Virus record (IMG/VR): IMGVR_UViG_3300024243_000016
Span: 693-64,692 of that record
From: a virus
Lineage: Duplodnaviria; Caudoviricetes
Length of the DNA: 64,000 nt
Direction: 5' to 3' (one strand)
The notes beneath the pieces are model-generated. The model worked only from the letters and a program-made list of their open reading frames with translations. It searched no databases and was not told where the DNA came from. Positions 19,610-29,872 of this stretch are shown one piece after another. Both the position numbers and the translations under genes were made by a program. The stretch's first letter is position 1. The number at the start of each line of letters is the position of its first letter.

Positions 19610-22528
19610 TTAATAATCTATCTTGAATCTAAAGAAGAATCGATCCTTATCCCGCTCCTTCGCAATAGGTTGCGCTAAGTTACACCTACCTACTATATTA
19701 TAATACTTATCATAAAAGTTAAAGTTAGAAATTATAGTATTATACTCACTTTTCTCAGGAGAATCAGAGACAAACTCAACAAACCTTTTGTTTGATGATG
19801 AGTTCGCAAACTCTGCTGGCACTTCAAACTCAACAGTTCTTGTGTTAATGTCAACTGTACCACTAAATTGTATGTCAAACTTGTCTTTACCAAAGTTATA
19901 CAACAATGGAGATTTAACCAACATAACACCTTCATTATAAAAAACATTACCAACATTGTTAAATGTTGCATGTTCAGTCTTAGCATCAGCACGATATAAG
20001 GAACCATACCCATCATCTTTCAATGTAATATTAAAAACAGACTCCGATCCCGTAATGTTAGAGTCAATTAATAACATAGAACCCCTCTTTGTTTGATTCC
20101 CATAAAAAATATTAGACATATCAAACAAACAACAGTTTTGTGACCTAGAACTGCTAAGTACCTCTCCAATATAATACAGTGGTCTAGAACCAAGGCCATC
20201 ATTAACAATATATAATGACGTATTGTTAGGATATTTTGGAGAAGCAAATGAATCCAACTCATCGATGAAGTTAAAATATTTATTGTCATAAACTAGCTTA
20301 TTAGATCTGGCAATGTAAAACTTATCCAAATTAATAGATGAATAATCAACATCTGGAGAGTTGGGTTTAGGGTTGGCAAATGTTGGGATAGGATAATTCT
20401 TAATATACATATCGTTATAATTGGTAGAAAACGGATATGTTATATTGCTATCATCACTCTGACTAGCTGTTAACAAAGAACACAAGTTCCAGTTAGGAAC
20501 AAACTTTCCATTATCACAAGGTAAAACAGTTAAATTTCTTTTTAACATTTTTGGAGACTCTAATAAGTCATTAGCAGGCTGTACCAACTCCTGATCACTT
20601 AACTCAGTAGCAGAGGCAGTTAAATTATACAATCTAGGCATACCTGACTTATTAGAGTTTTTTTGTATTCTTGCAAAGTCCCTAGCAAAGTTTTGAACAT
20701 TAACCTCAAAAGCATTTACACCCATAGCCAAAGGAACATTAATTGGATACGGATGAATTTCAGTATCCACATTATCAAACGTTACGTCCCCCGTAATATC
20801 CTCTTGATATAAATTAGTTGTGTATTTATATTTATCTTGCTGTGAGACTTGCTCAACAAACAATAATGGCAAATAAAACTTAAGGCCACTAGCTGACGCA
20901 TTTGACACTATATCATTGCTCAGCCCACAACTAGACATGTTCCTTATATTTTCAATAGAACGCCAGTCTTTCCACACCCTGACCTCATGCAACTCAGCAT
21001 TAAGCGGATAATTAAATATAATGTTTTGTGGATCTTTAGACAACACATCTGTCATACCAGACAAGCCTTCGTCATTAGAAGCATATGTGTTAAAAAACGC
21101 ATTATTAAACCCACCAAAACTACCAATTATGTTACCTTCGAAATAATTGCCTAACACCAACTGCAACGGATCGTTTAACTCAACATTACTACTATCATAC
21201 CTACTAAACAACCAAGACCTAAGACCACAAAATTCATCATTGTTAGCTTCGTCAGACAAGACATCTTTAGAAATATAAAAATTAGTATCAATGTTACCAT
21301 CTATAATAAAATCACCCCTAGCCAATGATCCAACATTATTTTTATTTTTATCCCACCTAACCGCAACATGATGCCAATGCTTCTCTTTTAAATAATTAGA
21401 TGAAGTAAAAACTAAGTTTTCCGATTGATCAAAATCAACAACAGCTAAAGATGGAGCAGTGTTAGTAGATGAGCTTAACTGTAACATTAGTTTATATCTA
21501 TTATCACCATCATATTGATATGAGTCGCTAGAGGCTGTTATTAACGATAAGGCATAATTACCGCTATAATGCAATATTGTCCCAGCATCTGTCTGAGGGC
21601 CTGTAGGCTTAAGCCAGAATTCAATACAAAATGAACTAGAAACACCAAAGTCAAGCTCTTTACTCTCAACAGAACCATTGTTAGCTATTGATTGTGGAGA
21701 CTTATACACAAATGCTGTATCACTTTGGACTGCGCTAGAAGTGAAGAAGTTAAAACAGCTATAATTTGTAAAACTATTTTCAGCAGTAGGCATTTCAACA
21801 ATATAATATGGCATTAAACTATTATACACCATATCAAACTTCTGGTTGTTAGAATTACACAACTTATGTAACAATTTATTGCTATAAATTGATTTTTCTT
21901 CACCCACAACAAAACTAGAGTTATTTGAAACATAACCATCGTCAAAAGGATAGCTACCAACCGCATTATAAAAATCAGTAACGTCGGTATCAAGACCAAA
22001 AGAAAGATTTTCGTACCATTTATCACTAGAATATAAAGCTATGTTACTATCAATTTCCCAAACTCTATAACCATTATTGCTATCATTTTTCCAAGTATAT
22101 ACATCGCCATCATTTAAAACATTTTCATTTTCACAACTCAAAACTGGTGTCTCTCTAGTTATATTAAAGCTTTTATTTGGCTTAGCAATAAAATACTTTT
22201 CATCAGAGTCCATTAAGTCAATATTATGTATAGAATTACCCTGAAGGGCTTCTGCTTGACCTATTTTTGAAGGATTAATATCAGTAGAGCCACTAAACCA
22301 AGTAGACAACTTGCCAGCAGAATCTGAATCTTTGCCCCACCAGTTACCACTAGGATATTTAGAAACTTCATTATCAACAACCTGAACATATTCAGCACTA
22401 GATGTATACGGATATAAATACTTAGTTCCCGTAATTCCTAACGTTGATGACACAAATGAAATTTCTGGATATGTTCTAATTGATAGATTTCTAAAATTAC
22501 TTTTGTCTAACTTTAAAAATTGAGTCAT
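19610..22528 (-). CDS. Large virion protein with LamG/concanavalin-like domain
   Basis: FCIEFWLKP, WHHVAVRW and LHEVRVW LamG motifs. C-terminus resembles that of the 414-aa neighbour. Confidence 0.7.
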   Translation of the reverse strand: MTQFLKLDKSNFRNLSIRTYPEISFVSSTLGITGTKYLYPYTSSAEYVQVVDNEVSKYPSGNWWGKDSDSAGKLSTWFSGSTDINPSKIGQAEALQGNSIHNIDLMDSDEKYFIAKPNKSFNITRETPVLSCENENVLNDGDVYTWKNDSNNGYRVWEIDSNIALYSSDKWYENLSFGLDTDVTDFYNAVGSYPFDDGYVSNNSSFVVGEEKSIYSNKLLHKLCNSNNQKFDMVYNSLMPYYIVEMPTAENSFTNYSCFNFFTSSAVQSDTAFVYKSPQSIANNGSVESKELDFGVSSSFCIEFWLKPTGPQTDAGTILHYSGNYALSLITASSDSYQYDGDNRYKLMLQLSSSTNTAPSLAVVDFDQSENLVFTSSNYLKEKHWHHVAVRWDKNKNNVGSLARGDFIIDGNIDTNFYISKDVLSDEANNDEFCGLRSWLFSRYDSSNVELNDPLQLVLGNYFEGNIIGSFGGFNNAFFNTYASNDEGLSGMTDVLSKDPQNIIFNYPLNAELHEVRVWKDWRSIENIRNMSSCGLSNDIVSNASASGLKFYLPLLFVEQVSQQDKYKYTTNLYQEDITGDVTFDNVDTEIHPYPINVPLAMGVNAFEVNVQNFARDFARIQKNSNKSGMPRLYNLTASATELSDQELVQPANDLLESPKMLKRNLTVLPCDNGKFVPNWNLCSLLTASQSDDSNITYPFSTNYNDMYIKNYPIPTFANPKPNSPDVDYSSINLDKFYIARSNKLVYDNKYFNFIDELDSFASPKYPNNTSLYIVNDGLGSRPLYYIGEVLSSSRSQNCCLFDMSNIFYGNQTKRGSMLLIDSNITGSESVFNITLKDDGYGSLYRADAKTEHATFNNVGNVFYNEGVMLVKSPLLYNFGKDKFDIQFSGTVDINTRTVEFEVPAEFANSSSNKRFVEFVSDSPEKSEYNTIISNFNFYDKYYNIVGRCNLAQPIAKERDKDRFFFRFKIDY

Positions 22529-22557
22529 ATTTTCTCATCATAAAAATTAAATATTAA

Positions 22558-23802
22558 TTACCAATCTGTTCTAACTCTAATAGTTAACGCTCTCTCATCA
22601 TTAAGCAACACAGGACGACTCAATTTAGCTACAGCCATAAGTTCATTATTGGCATTATAAAGACCAATACCAGTAGTATACACAAAACTTTTATCATTAT
22701 CATCATCTTCAATAACGACAATGTTTTGTTCACTATCAATAAAAGTTGGGTTTGAGGAATAGTTAAACTCTGATGCGTCAATCTTACAGAAAAACAACGT
22801 ACTGTTTAAGTTAGTTTTATTCTGAAAGCTTAGCTGTGCATCAGTAGAGTTAGCAACCCTTGACGATAAAACATGATCCAATATATTGTCAATCGTACCA
22901 GATGCTAGGAAATAATTCTGACCAATCAAAGTCTCTTCAGACATCGTACCGTTAACGAACGAACCAGTAAATTCTGACGTATTGCTGGATGCATTCTGCA
23001 TAGCTAACGTCCCAGTAATCGGCTGATCAGCTTGGAACGTCTTTTTAAGATCAAACATTAATATGCCCTGATCAATAAATACAAGACCAACTGAATTATC
23101 AGTATCATTTGACTGATAAATGTTTGCAACATTTCCGCCATATGTAACCAACTTATTGTCATTAGAATCCACGTCTGAGTATGTTCTAAACAAAGAACCC
23201 GTTCTAAACATATTATTATACTCTGGTGTATCTACTGAATCATGAGATGCACTATACGCTGTTCTAAAATAAACTGTTTCCCTCTTCATGCCATCACGGG
23301 AAAACAACCTTTTAACATTAATAAATAAAGCCTCATTGATAATATCAGTTTCCGTGTCTGAATTTAATGGTGACACAAATTGTGCATCTTTATCCCCTAA
23401 AAGAACTTGTGCATATTGCTGATACATATACAGTTTTTCTCTCATTTGTGCTGTAGTAGATTTAAATATATAAAGCCCATCATCATCTAAAGTTGGGTTA
23501 AGATCTGTTACAATTGTTGAATCAACATGTAACCCAACAGAAACATCAAGAATCGGGTTTGATGTAGCTAATGTATAATCATTGTCATAACATGTTTGCC
23601 ACAATGAACTAGTGACTGAATATAAGTTATTCCATGAATCAGCAGATTTAGCATCATAACTAGATGATGCCCAATGTACATATTTCCTTCTGGTATTTAC
23701 CGCAGAGCCAGAAACATCCTCACCAGCGATATCGATCAACTGATTTAATGAAGACCTGCTAGTCTTAATATCTTCAGGGTTAAAAGTTTTAAACGTTGCC
23801 AT
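22558..23802 (-). CDS. Baseplate/tail structural protein
   Basis: C-terminal EFNYSSNPTF...YTTGIGLYNANNELMAVAKLSRPV resembles tail-collar/fibre-attachment domains. GGAGG SD. Confidence 0.65.
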   Translation of the reverse strand: MATFKTFNPEDIKTSRSSLNQLIDIAGEDVSGSAVNTRRKYVHWASSSYDAKSADSWNNLYSVTSSLWQTCYDNDYTLATSNPILDVSVGLHVDSTIVTDLNPTLDDDGLYIFKSTTAQMREKLYMYQQYAQVLLGDKDAQFVSPLNSDTETDIINEALFINVKRLFSRDGMKRETVYFRTAYSASHDSVDTPEYNNMFRTGSLFRTYSDVDSNDNKLVTYGGNVANIYQSNDTDNSVGLVFIDQGILMFDLKKTFQADQPITGTLAMQNASSNTSEFTGSFVNGTMSEETLIGQNYFLASGTIDNILDHVLSSRVANSTDAQLSFQNKTNLNSTLFFCKIDASEFNYSSNPTFIDSEQNIVVIEDDDNDKSFVYTTGIGLYNANNELMAVAKLSRPVLLNDERALTIRVRTDW

Positions 23803-23838
23803 ATTATATACACCTCCAGAAAAAAATAAACAATATTA

Positions 23839-24561
23839 TTAAGTTTTACTTATCTCTACTCTAATACTCTTTTCAGCGCCAGTATTAACCCCACGAACCT
23901 TAACATATGTAACAATAACATTCTTATTCTGTGTCGTGCCCCTCTTTTGAAAGGTTAAATTGCTAATAGACTTAGCTTTAACATCTAGCCTTATAGATGA
24001 GCCATTCGCTGAATCTCCAGAAGTTCTAGGTAAGAAATATTTAGCCTTTTTATTTACAGCATTAATAGTAACTGGCGTGTCATTCATAACCTCGATAAGC
24101 TCATTATCTGCCTCTACCTCAAAACTATAATCCTGCATTTCAGAATCGAAGGCTAGGTTAGTTAACTGTTGCTGTAAAGTCAACGAAGCCCTTTCTTGCC
24201 CTGAAGTTCCAAGGCTCAAATTAACTTGATCTGATGTGTGTGACCCAGCACCATCAATAGTAGATGCCAATGTTAAATTGGGAACTTTTGTTAATCTAGC
24301 ATTAGTCAGTGAAACCAATTTATATTTTTGTGCTACAGTTTCATTAGTGATTGCCTCTAAAATTGGTGTATTATTTTCAATCTTAGCTTTCCCGGCAATA
24401 AGACCATGCTTTTTTATTAAAGTATAATCAATCTCATCATCAGACAATGCAAATTTAGTTATCTCAAACGAACCATCGTTCCTAGCTAAGTATTTTCTAC
24501 CCAAATCCGTTAAAACTGCATCAACATAAATATTAACCGTTGTTGAATCTAAATGACCCAT
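23839..24561 (-). CDS. Baseplate/tail structural protein
   Basis: N-terminal VDAVLTDLGRKYLA...ITKFALSDDEIDY resembles the tail-collar fibre N-terminal motif. GGAGG SD. Confidence 0.65.
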   Translation of the reverse strand: MGHLDSTTVNIYVDAVLTDLGRKYLARNDGSFEITKFALSDDEIDYTLIKKHGLIAGKAKIENNTPILEAITNETVAQKYKLVSLTNARLTKVPNLTLASTIDGAGSHTSDQVNLSLGTSGQERASLTLQQQLTNLAFDSEMQDYSFEVEADNELIEVMNDTPVTINAVNKKAKYFLPRTSGDSANGSSIRLDVKAKSISNLTFQKRGTTQNKNVIVTYVKVRGVNTGAEKSIRVEISKT

Positions 24562-24614
24562 ATCTTAATCCTCCAAGCAAACAAAGTGTTCCATTATTAT
24601 AATTATTATAAATC

Positions 24615-26495
24615 TTAGTTATTTTCCGTTTTTTTTACCCTTATCTTCAAATTTTTCTCTTCCATTATATCTGTATTAACAATATTTAATATATATTCAT
24701 TATTATCAAAGTTATGTACCCTAAGTCCCTCATTAGTACCATCTACATTTTTGACATCTGGAGTTAAATAAATGTTTGCCCCCTTAACACCAGAAACATC
24801 AATAAAATTATTAACCTTGTCAAATATTGGCATAAACCAGTTAGGATATGCCAATGGAGCACCAGCCTTGCAAACTTGTTTAATGTTATTCTTAATTCCA
24901 TAAATATTTGTGTCAGAAATAACTTGTAATTGTTCTGAATAATTTGACTCTATCTCATGAGCATCTACACAAGTAATTGCATATATATCCCCAATGCCAT
25001 ACTGAACACTAAAGTCAAATTTAGCATCTTTCATTTGCTCAAAATTATTTGGTACTCTAACCCCATCTTTAGTGCCATACTTTTCAAAACCTTCATCAAC
25101 AACCCCATAAACACCCTTCCAATCCCTAAAATCATATTGCCTCAACAATGAAAATGGTTCATTAACGTTAGACCTTTTATATATATTAAACTTCTTAATA
25201 TCCTTTTGTGGATTATAAGGCAAGGACCAAAGTAAGGTCAAATCATTTTCATTTTTAAAAATAACACTAACATCTTTTGGAGACATAGGGGCTTGTTTCT
25301 CTTCTGTAACAATATTAATTCTATTGCTAATTGGGCCTTCTATGTAATTTTTAATAATTTTTAACGTACCATCATTATCTGATATTGTTTCTTGATGCAT
25401 CTCTAATAACGGACTTACAGAATATTCATAATTAAAACCATATTTTATATAAATGTCATCATAAGTTTGCTTATGACTAATAACATTATTATCAACATCA
25501 CCAAAAATAACATCTATTAACTCACCCTTGTTATTATCATTAACATCTTGATCTTTAAACTTACGCCTAATCATATTTCCAACATAATAAACTATAACCT
25601 CACCATAACTATCAACAGACACATTAGAGTTTACAAAATCAACATTACCGACAGTTTCTATTGAGGCTGGTAAAGATGACATATCAAATCGATACTTATC
25701 ATATTTTACCTTGTCGGCCAGTTCACCTGAAAGTCCTGATGTGTTTATATTTTTAGACGCAATTGCATATGTAACATCATTAAACTTCTTTAAAAATGTA
25801 GTAAAAAACTCATAAAATCTTGCATTATTACCACTATCACACAATAATTCATTTTTAAAACATATATATCTAATAAAATCACTTATAACAATATTACCAC
25901 CATACCCAGAAAAGAATAAATTGTTTATATCGCTATTAAAATCATACTTAAAAGAAATGTCGAGATTTAAATCACTTAAACCAACCATATCATCCAGATA
26001 AGAAAATATATCACCTGATTTAACATTATCATCATATTCATAAACAAATTTAAAGTCAGTATTATTTTGAAACCTAGACTTAATATAATAATCACCAACA
26101 GATATATTATTAATATCACCTATTGGTGTAGAACTAATGTCAAAATTATTCTTTTCTAATACTGTAGTGACATTCTTAAATTTGTCAAAATAAACACTAG
26201 GCTTAGAAACAAACTTTATATTGTTGTATCTAGAAATTTCAAATTGATCCTCGCTCAAAACAAACTTCTTTAATTCATCATTCCAAACTTTCTTAAAAAC
26301 TCTAGAATCATCATTGTCACGCTCAAATTTATCATAAAAATTATATATAAAATTATACTCATTAACAAAAACAGGAACAACACCTATCGAAGTAATTGGA
26401 TTACTAACTAATGATACTGACACATCAGAATATTCTTCTTCCTGATTTAATAAATCATTCACCAAATCATCAACAACTTTCTTTATATCACTCAT
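24615..26495 (-). CDS. Large hypothetical protein with FN3-like C-terminal region
   Basis: YEYSVSP...APMSPKDV...LTLLWSLP...FNIYKR...YAITCVDAHEIESNYS FN3-like pattern. Confidence 0.55.
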   Translation of the reverse strand: MSDIKKVVDDLVNDLLNQEEEYSDVSVSLVSNPITSIGVVPVFVNEYNFIYNFYDKFERDNDDSRVFKKVWNDELKKFVLSEDQFEISRYNNIKFVSKPSVYFDKFKNVTTVLEKNNFDISSTPIGDINNISVGDYYIKSRFQNNTDFKFVYEYDDNVKSGDIFSYLDDMVGLSDLNLDISFKYDFNSDINNLFFSGYGGNIVISDFIRYICFKNELLCDSGNNARFYEFFTTFLKKFNDVTYAIASKNINTSGLSGELADKVKYDKYRFDMSSLPASIETVGNVDFVNSNVSVDSYGEVIVYYVGNMIRRKFKDQDVNDNNKGELIDVIFGDVDNNVISHKQTYDDIYIKYGFNYEYSVSPLLEMHQETISDNDGTLKIIKNYIEGPISNRINIVTEEKQAPMSPKDVSVIFKNENDLTLLWSLPYNPQKDIKKFNIYKRSNVNEPFSLLRQYDFRDWKGVYGVVDEGFEKYGTKDGVRVPNNFEQMKDAKFDFSVQYGIGDIYAITCVDAHEIESNYSEQLQVISDTNIYGIKNNIKQVCKAGAPLAYPNWFMPIFDKVNNFIDVSGVKGANIYLTPDVKNVDGTNEGLRVHNFDNNEYILNIVNTDIMEEKNLKIRVKKTENN

Positions 26496-26515
26496 TTAAA
26501 AATCCCATATCATAA

Positions 26516-29500
26516 TTACAAATCAATATCAACAAACTTTGTCTTAAGATCGATCCCACTCTTTATATCTTTAAACTTGCCAACATCCTTACCATGCTTT
26601 TCTTTTTCAATTTCAACAAAAAACTGGTCTAAATTAACAGACTCTTGCAAGTTAACATTATCAGGCACATGAATGAAATATACCTTCCTAAAATATTTTT
26701 CAGACAACAGCTTGCTAAAAACATTCTTAGGCATACCTGATATACAATAAAGAACCTTCTTAAGCATATTCCTATTTATATTATCAATGTCATTCTTACC
26801 TATATAATTTTGGTTTTCGTCTAATTCAAAATCTAAACTATCAAATATTTCATCAACAACCTCATTATTAAAAAACCTATTTAAATCACTAATATTATCT
26901 ATCTTAGCAATATTATCAGTCTTAGAAAATATATCCTCGTCAAAATTAGCCGAATACATAACTTCTACATATTTTTTAAGCGCACAGGATAGTTGCTCGT
27001 TAACCTCCTCTAAATTATCATCAAGCTCACTAACACTATGACTACCACCATCATCAAAGCCAACCACATCCTCATATTCATTAATATACCTATATTTCAA
27101 ATCAAACAAATATGATCCAACATTATCAACACTTTCATCACCACTTTTATTAAAGTTCTTTTTAAACACATTAATCTTTATCTTAGAAGACAAGTTATTA
27201 TTTAATGATTCAACAAGGCCATTTGGTATACCAACTGCCAATATTTTACCATTATTAAAATCCCCTACCTTACTCTTAATTAACTTATATTCTTTTTTGT
27301 CAGTAACTGCAACATTGTTAAGCCTAAAAAATTGTGTACTATCATATTGGATAGGAGCACTACTATATGGAAACACAAGCTCATTATATAAATTTTTATC
27401 TATGTTTATCTCGCTCTTATCTAAATAATTAGAAGCTAACTCAAAATTTTCATTAATACCTTCAACCAACTCCAAAATTTTAGTATCAAGCCCTAACAAA
27501 CTATCAAGATATATAATAAACTCATTTTTTACAACAGACAAATATTTAGCCAAATTATCAACAATAAAATAATGATCATCAGCAAACTTATTGCCAATAA
27601 AATCTGCTGGAAAAAACTTCATTAAATTGTTATCATACAAACCATAATTATTGTTATTAATGCTACCTTTAATTTTGTTAATCATAACATCATCATAAGG
27701 GCTATTATTAATATAAGAAATGAATGGCTCTTGAGGCTCTAAAATATATTCACCGTCCGGGTCATCTGGAAGTACTTTGGTGATATTATCAACATTAGGA
27801 AGTTGTGATGGCTTATTATAATCCATGGCGGAATCTCTTATCTCATATAAAAGCCTATTTCCAGAAGCTTGTCTGACATAATATGGCCAATATAATTTAT
27901 ATATATTTGAAAACAAATCATAGCACATAAAAGCTAAATTAAAGAAACTAATATTTCTATATTTAGTAGAGTAAGAACTAGAGGATTTTATGTCATTAAA
28001 CATGTTATAACAATAATTTAATATGTTCTCAAAAACACCACAGTCAGAAATTTCGTTACAAAAACTTAAGCCATCTTTTACCCAATGCACCCTGTTAAGT
28101 TGATGTGTATAGTCTGGTTTAGACACATGATGTAAATAATAACCAAAAAACTTTGTATGTGCATATGAACCTTCACCATAATTAGTATATTCAAACTTTC
28201 CATCATTTGTATTAAACTTCATATCAACATCAAACAAACTTACAAAACTTTTTTCACTTTCAACATATTCACCTAAATCACTAAAGCCTGATATTTTTTC
28301 AAAATCGTCCTTGTTTTTCAAATATTTATAAGTTGAATATAAAAACATTTTTTTCAAAAAAACATTATTATTATAATATGACATCATAGACATAACAGAA
28401 AAGTTTAAATCTTTATCAGCAAACTTCTCTAAAAGCATAGGGCCATTATCGTTCCATTGAGCCGGAGGAGTGTTGTTTTGTAATGTTGAATATATGTAGT
28501 TTGATGTTTGCTCAGTGTTATCCCCAAACTTAATAAAGCCATCTAATGTCTTAGCGTCAATAAGATCATTAACATCAAAAAGATCCTTAAGCGCAAAATT
28601 ATTGCTACTTGAAGTCTCGTCAGAATAAAAACCACTCTTTGCTGTCAAAAATTTATTAACTAACTTAACAACATATGATTGCAATTTATTAAACTCACCA
28701 ACAAACTTTTTATTTCCTAAATAAGATGTAATTTTATTAGAAAAATTAAGTAAATCACTTTTTGTTTTCGAATCTTTAAACCCCATAAGTAATAATACGA
28801 ATTCTCGCACATCATTTCCAGCAACATTAACAAAACTACCAAGCAATTTTTGCAAAGAATTTTCAACAGAATCAACATCAGAACCCAAAGACTCTTCATT
28901 ATCTGAAAAGAAAACTTCAGTTACCAATAAAAATACAATTTGATTAAGATATTCTCTCATTTTTAAATCATTATTATCAAACCTCACCCCCTCATCAAAA
29001 ATAACATTTCTATTAGTTAGAAACCTAGATATATCAATAACATCATCATCTAATTTATATAACCTATCTTCATAATCAAATATATCTAACTCACTAGTAT
29101 GTTTAATAGGCTTATTATACAATCTCTTGCCATATAAAATATCAATAGATTTCTCGAACGCACGCTCAAAGTTATTTTTTATAGGATCTCCAGCCAAACT
29201 ACCAAAAATACTTAAATCAAACTTTCCAGTATCATTATATAAATCATATATCTCCTGATACTGCTTTAACTCATTAGTGTCAACAGATGTTAAGATATTA
29301 AATAAGTTTTTATCCAAAAGAAACAAATCTTTTAAATTGTAATTTTTATTAACTACATTAGTTATACTTACTAAATCTTCATAATATATTCTTTTTAGTA
29401 GCTGAAACAACGCTCCCCAACTTTCATCACTACTAAACAACTCATGTGTTGCATTATTATTATAAATTGATTGTCTCAAATTGTTTAAGTAACTATCATT

Positions 29501-29863
29501 AATATAGTTAGATATATCAAAATTAGAGGCTTGCAAATTCAACTTATCTAAAATCTTAACCATTTTATCACTTTCAAAAAACCTATATAACCACATTAAA
29601 TCAAATGTTTTTTTATAAAACGGATTGTTTACTGACAAATAATTAAATGCCCCCAACATAACTGGCTGAAGAGTTTTGTCTTGGTATACCTTTCCATCCA
29701 CGAAAGTATCATTAAATATATTAATCTCACTATCAAGCACATCTTTATCAGAAGATAAATCCACCTCTACATATCCACCATCTTTACCCTTTAGTTTTGA
29801 TAGCGGATCAAAATGGCTAGCATAGTACTTGTCAATTAAATATTCAACATCTTTTTTACCCAT
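26516..29863 (-). CDS. Large hypothetical protein (1115 aa)
   Basis: Long uninterrupted ORF in the structural block. No recognisable motif. Confidence 0.6.
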   Translation of the reverse strand: MGKKDVEYLIDKYYASHFDPLSKLKGKDGGYVEVDLSSDKDVLDSEINIFNDTFVDGKVYQDKTLQPVMLGAFNYLSVNNPFYKKTFDLMWLYRFFESDKMVKILDKLNLQASNFDISNYINDSYLNNLRQSIYNNNATHELFSSDESWGALFQLLKRIYYEDLVSITNVVNKNYNLKDLFLLDKNLFNILTSVDTNELKQYQEIYDLYNDTGKFDLSIFGSLAGDPIKNNFERAFEKSIDILYGKRLYNKPIKHTSELDIFDYEDRLYKLDDDVIDISRFLTNRNVIFDEGVRFDNNDLKMREYLNQIVFLLVTEVFFSDNEESLGSDVDSVENSLQKLLGSFVNVAGNDVREFVLLLMGFKDSKTKSDLLNFSNKITSYLGNKKFVGEFNKLQSYVVKLVNKFLTAKSGFYSDETSSSNNFALKDLFDVNDLIDAKTLDGFIKFGDNTEQTSNYIYSTLQNNTPPAQWNDNGPMLLEKFADKDLNFSVMSMMSYYNNNVFLKKMFLYSTYKYLKNKDDFEKISGFSDLGEYVESEKSFVSLFDVDMKFNTNDGKFEYTNYGEGSYAHTKFFGYYLHHVSKPDYTHQLNRVHWVKDGLSFCNEISDCGVFENILNYCYNMFNDIKSSSSYSTKYRNISFFNLAFMCYDLFSNIYKLYWPYYVRQASGNRLLYEIRDSAMDYNKPSQLPNVDNITKVLPDDPDGEYILEPQEPFISYINNSPYDDVMINKIKGSINNNNYGLYDNNLMKFFPADFIGNKFADDHYFIVDNLAKYLSVVKNEFIIYLDSLLGLDTKILELVEGINENFELASNYLDKSEINIDKNLYNELVFPYSSAPIQYDSTQFFRLNNVAVTDKKEYKLIKSKVGDFNNGKILAVGIPNGLVESLNNNLSSKIKINVFKKNFNKSGDESVDNVGSYLFDLKYRYINEYEDVVGFDDGGSHSVSELDDNLEEVNEQLSCALKKYVEVMYSANFDEDIFSKTDNIAKIDNISDLNRFFNNEVVDEIFDSLDFELDENQNYIGKNDIDNINRNMLKKVLYCISGMPKNVFSKLLSEKYFRKVYFIHVPDNVNLQESVNLDQFFVEIEKEKHGKDVGKFKDIKSGIDLKTKFVDIDL

Positions 29864-29872
29864 AACAATTCC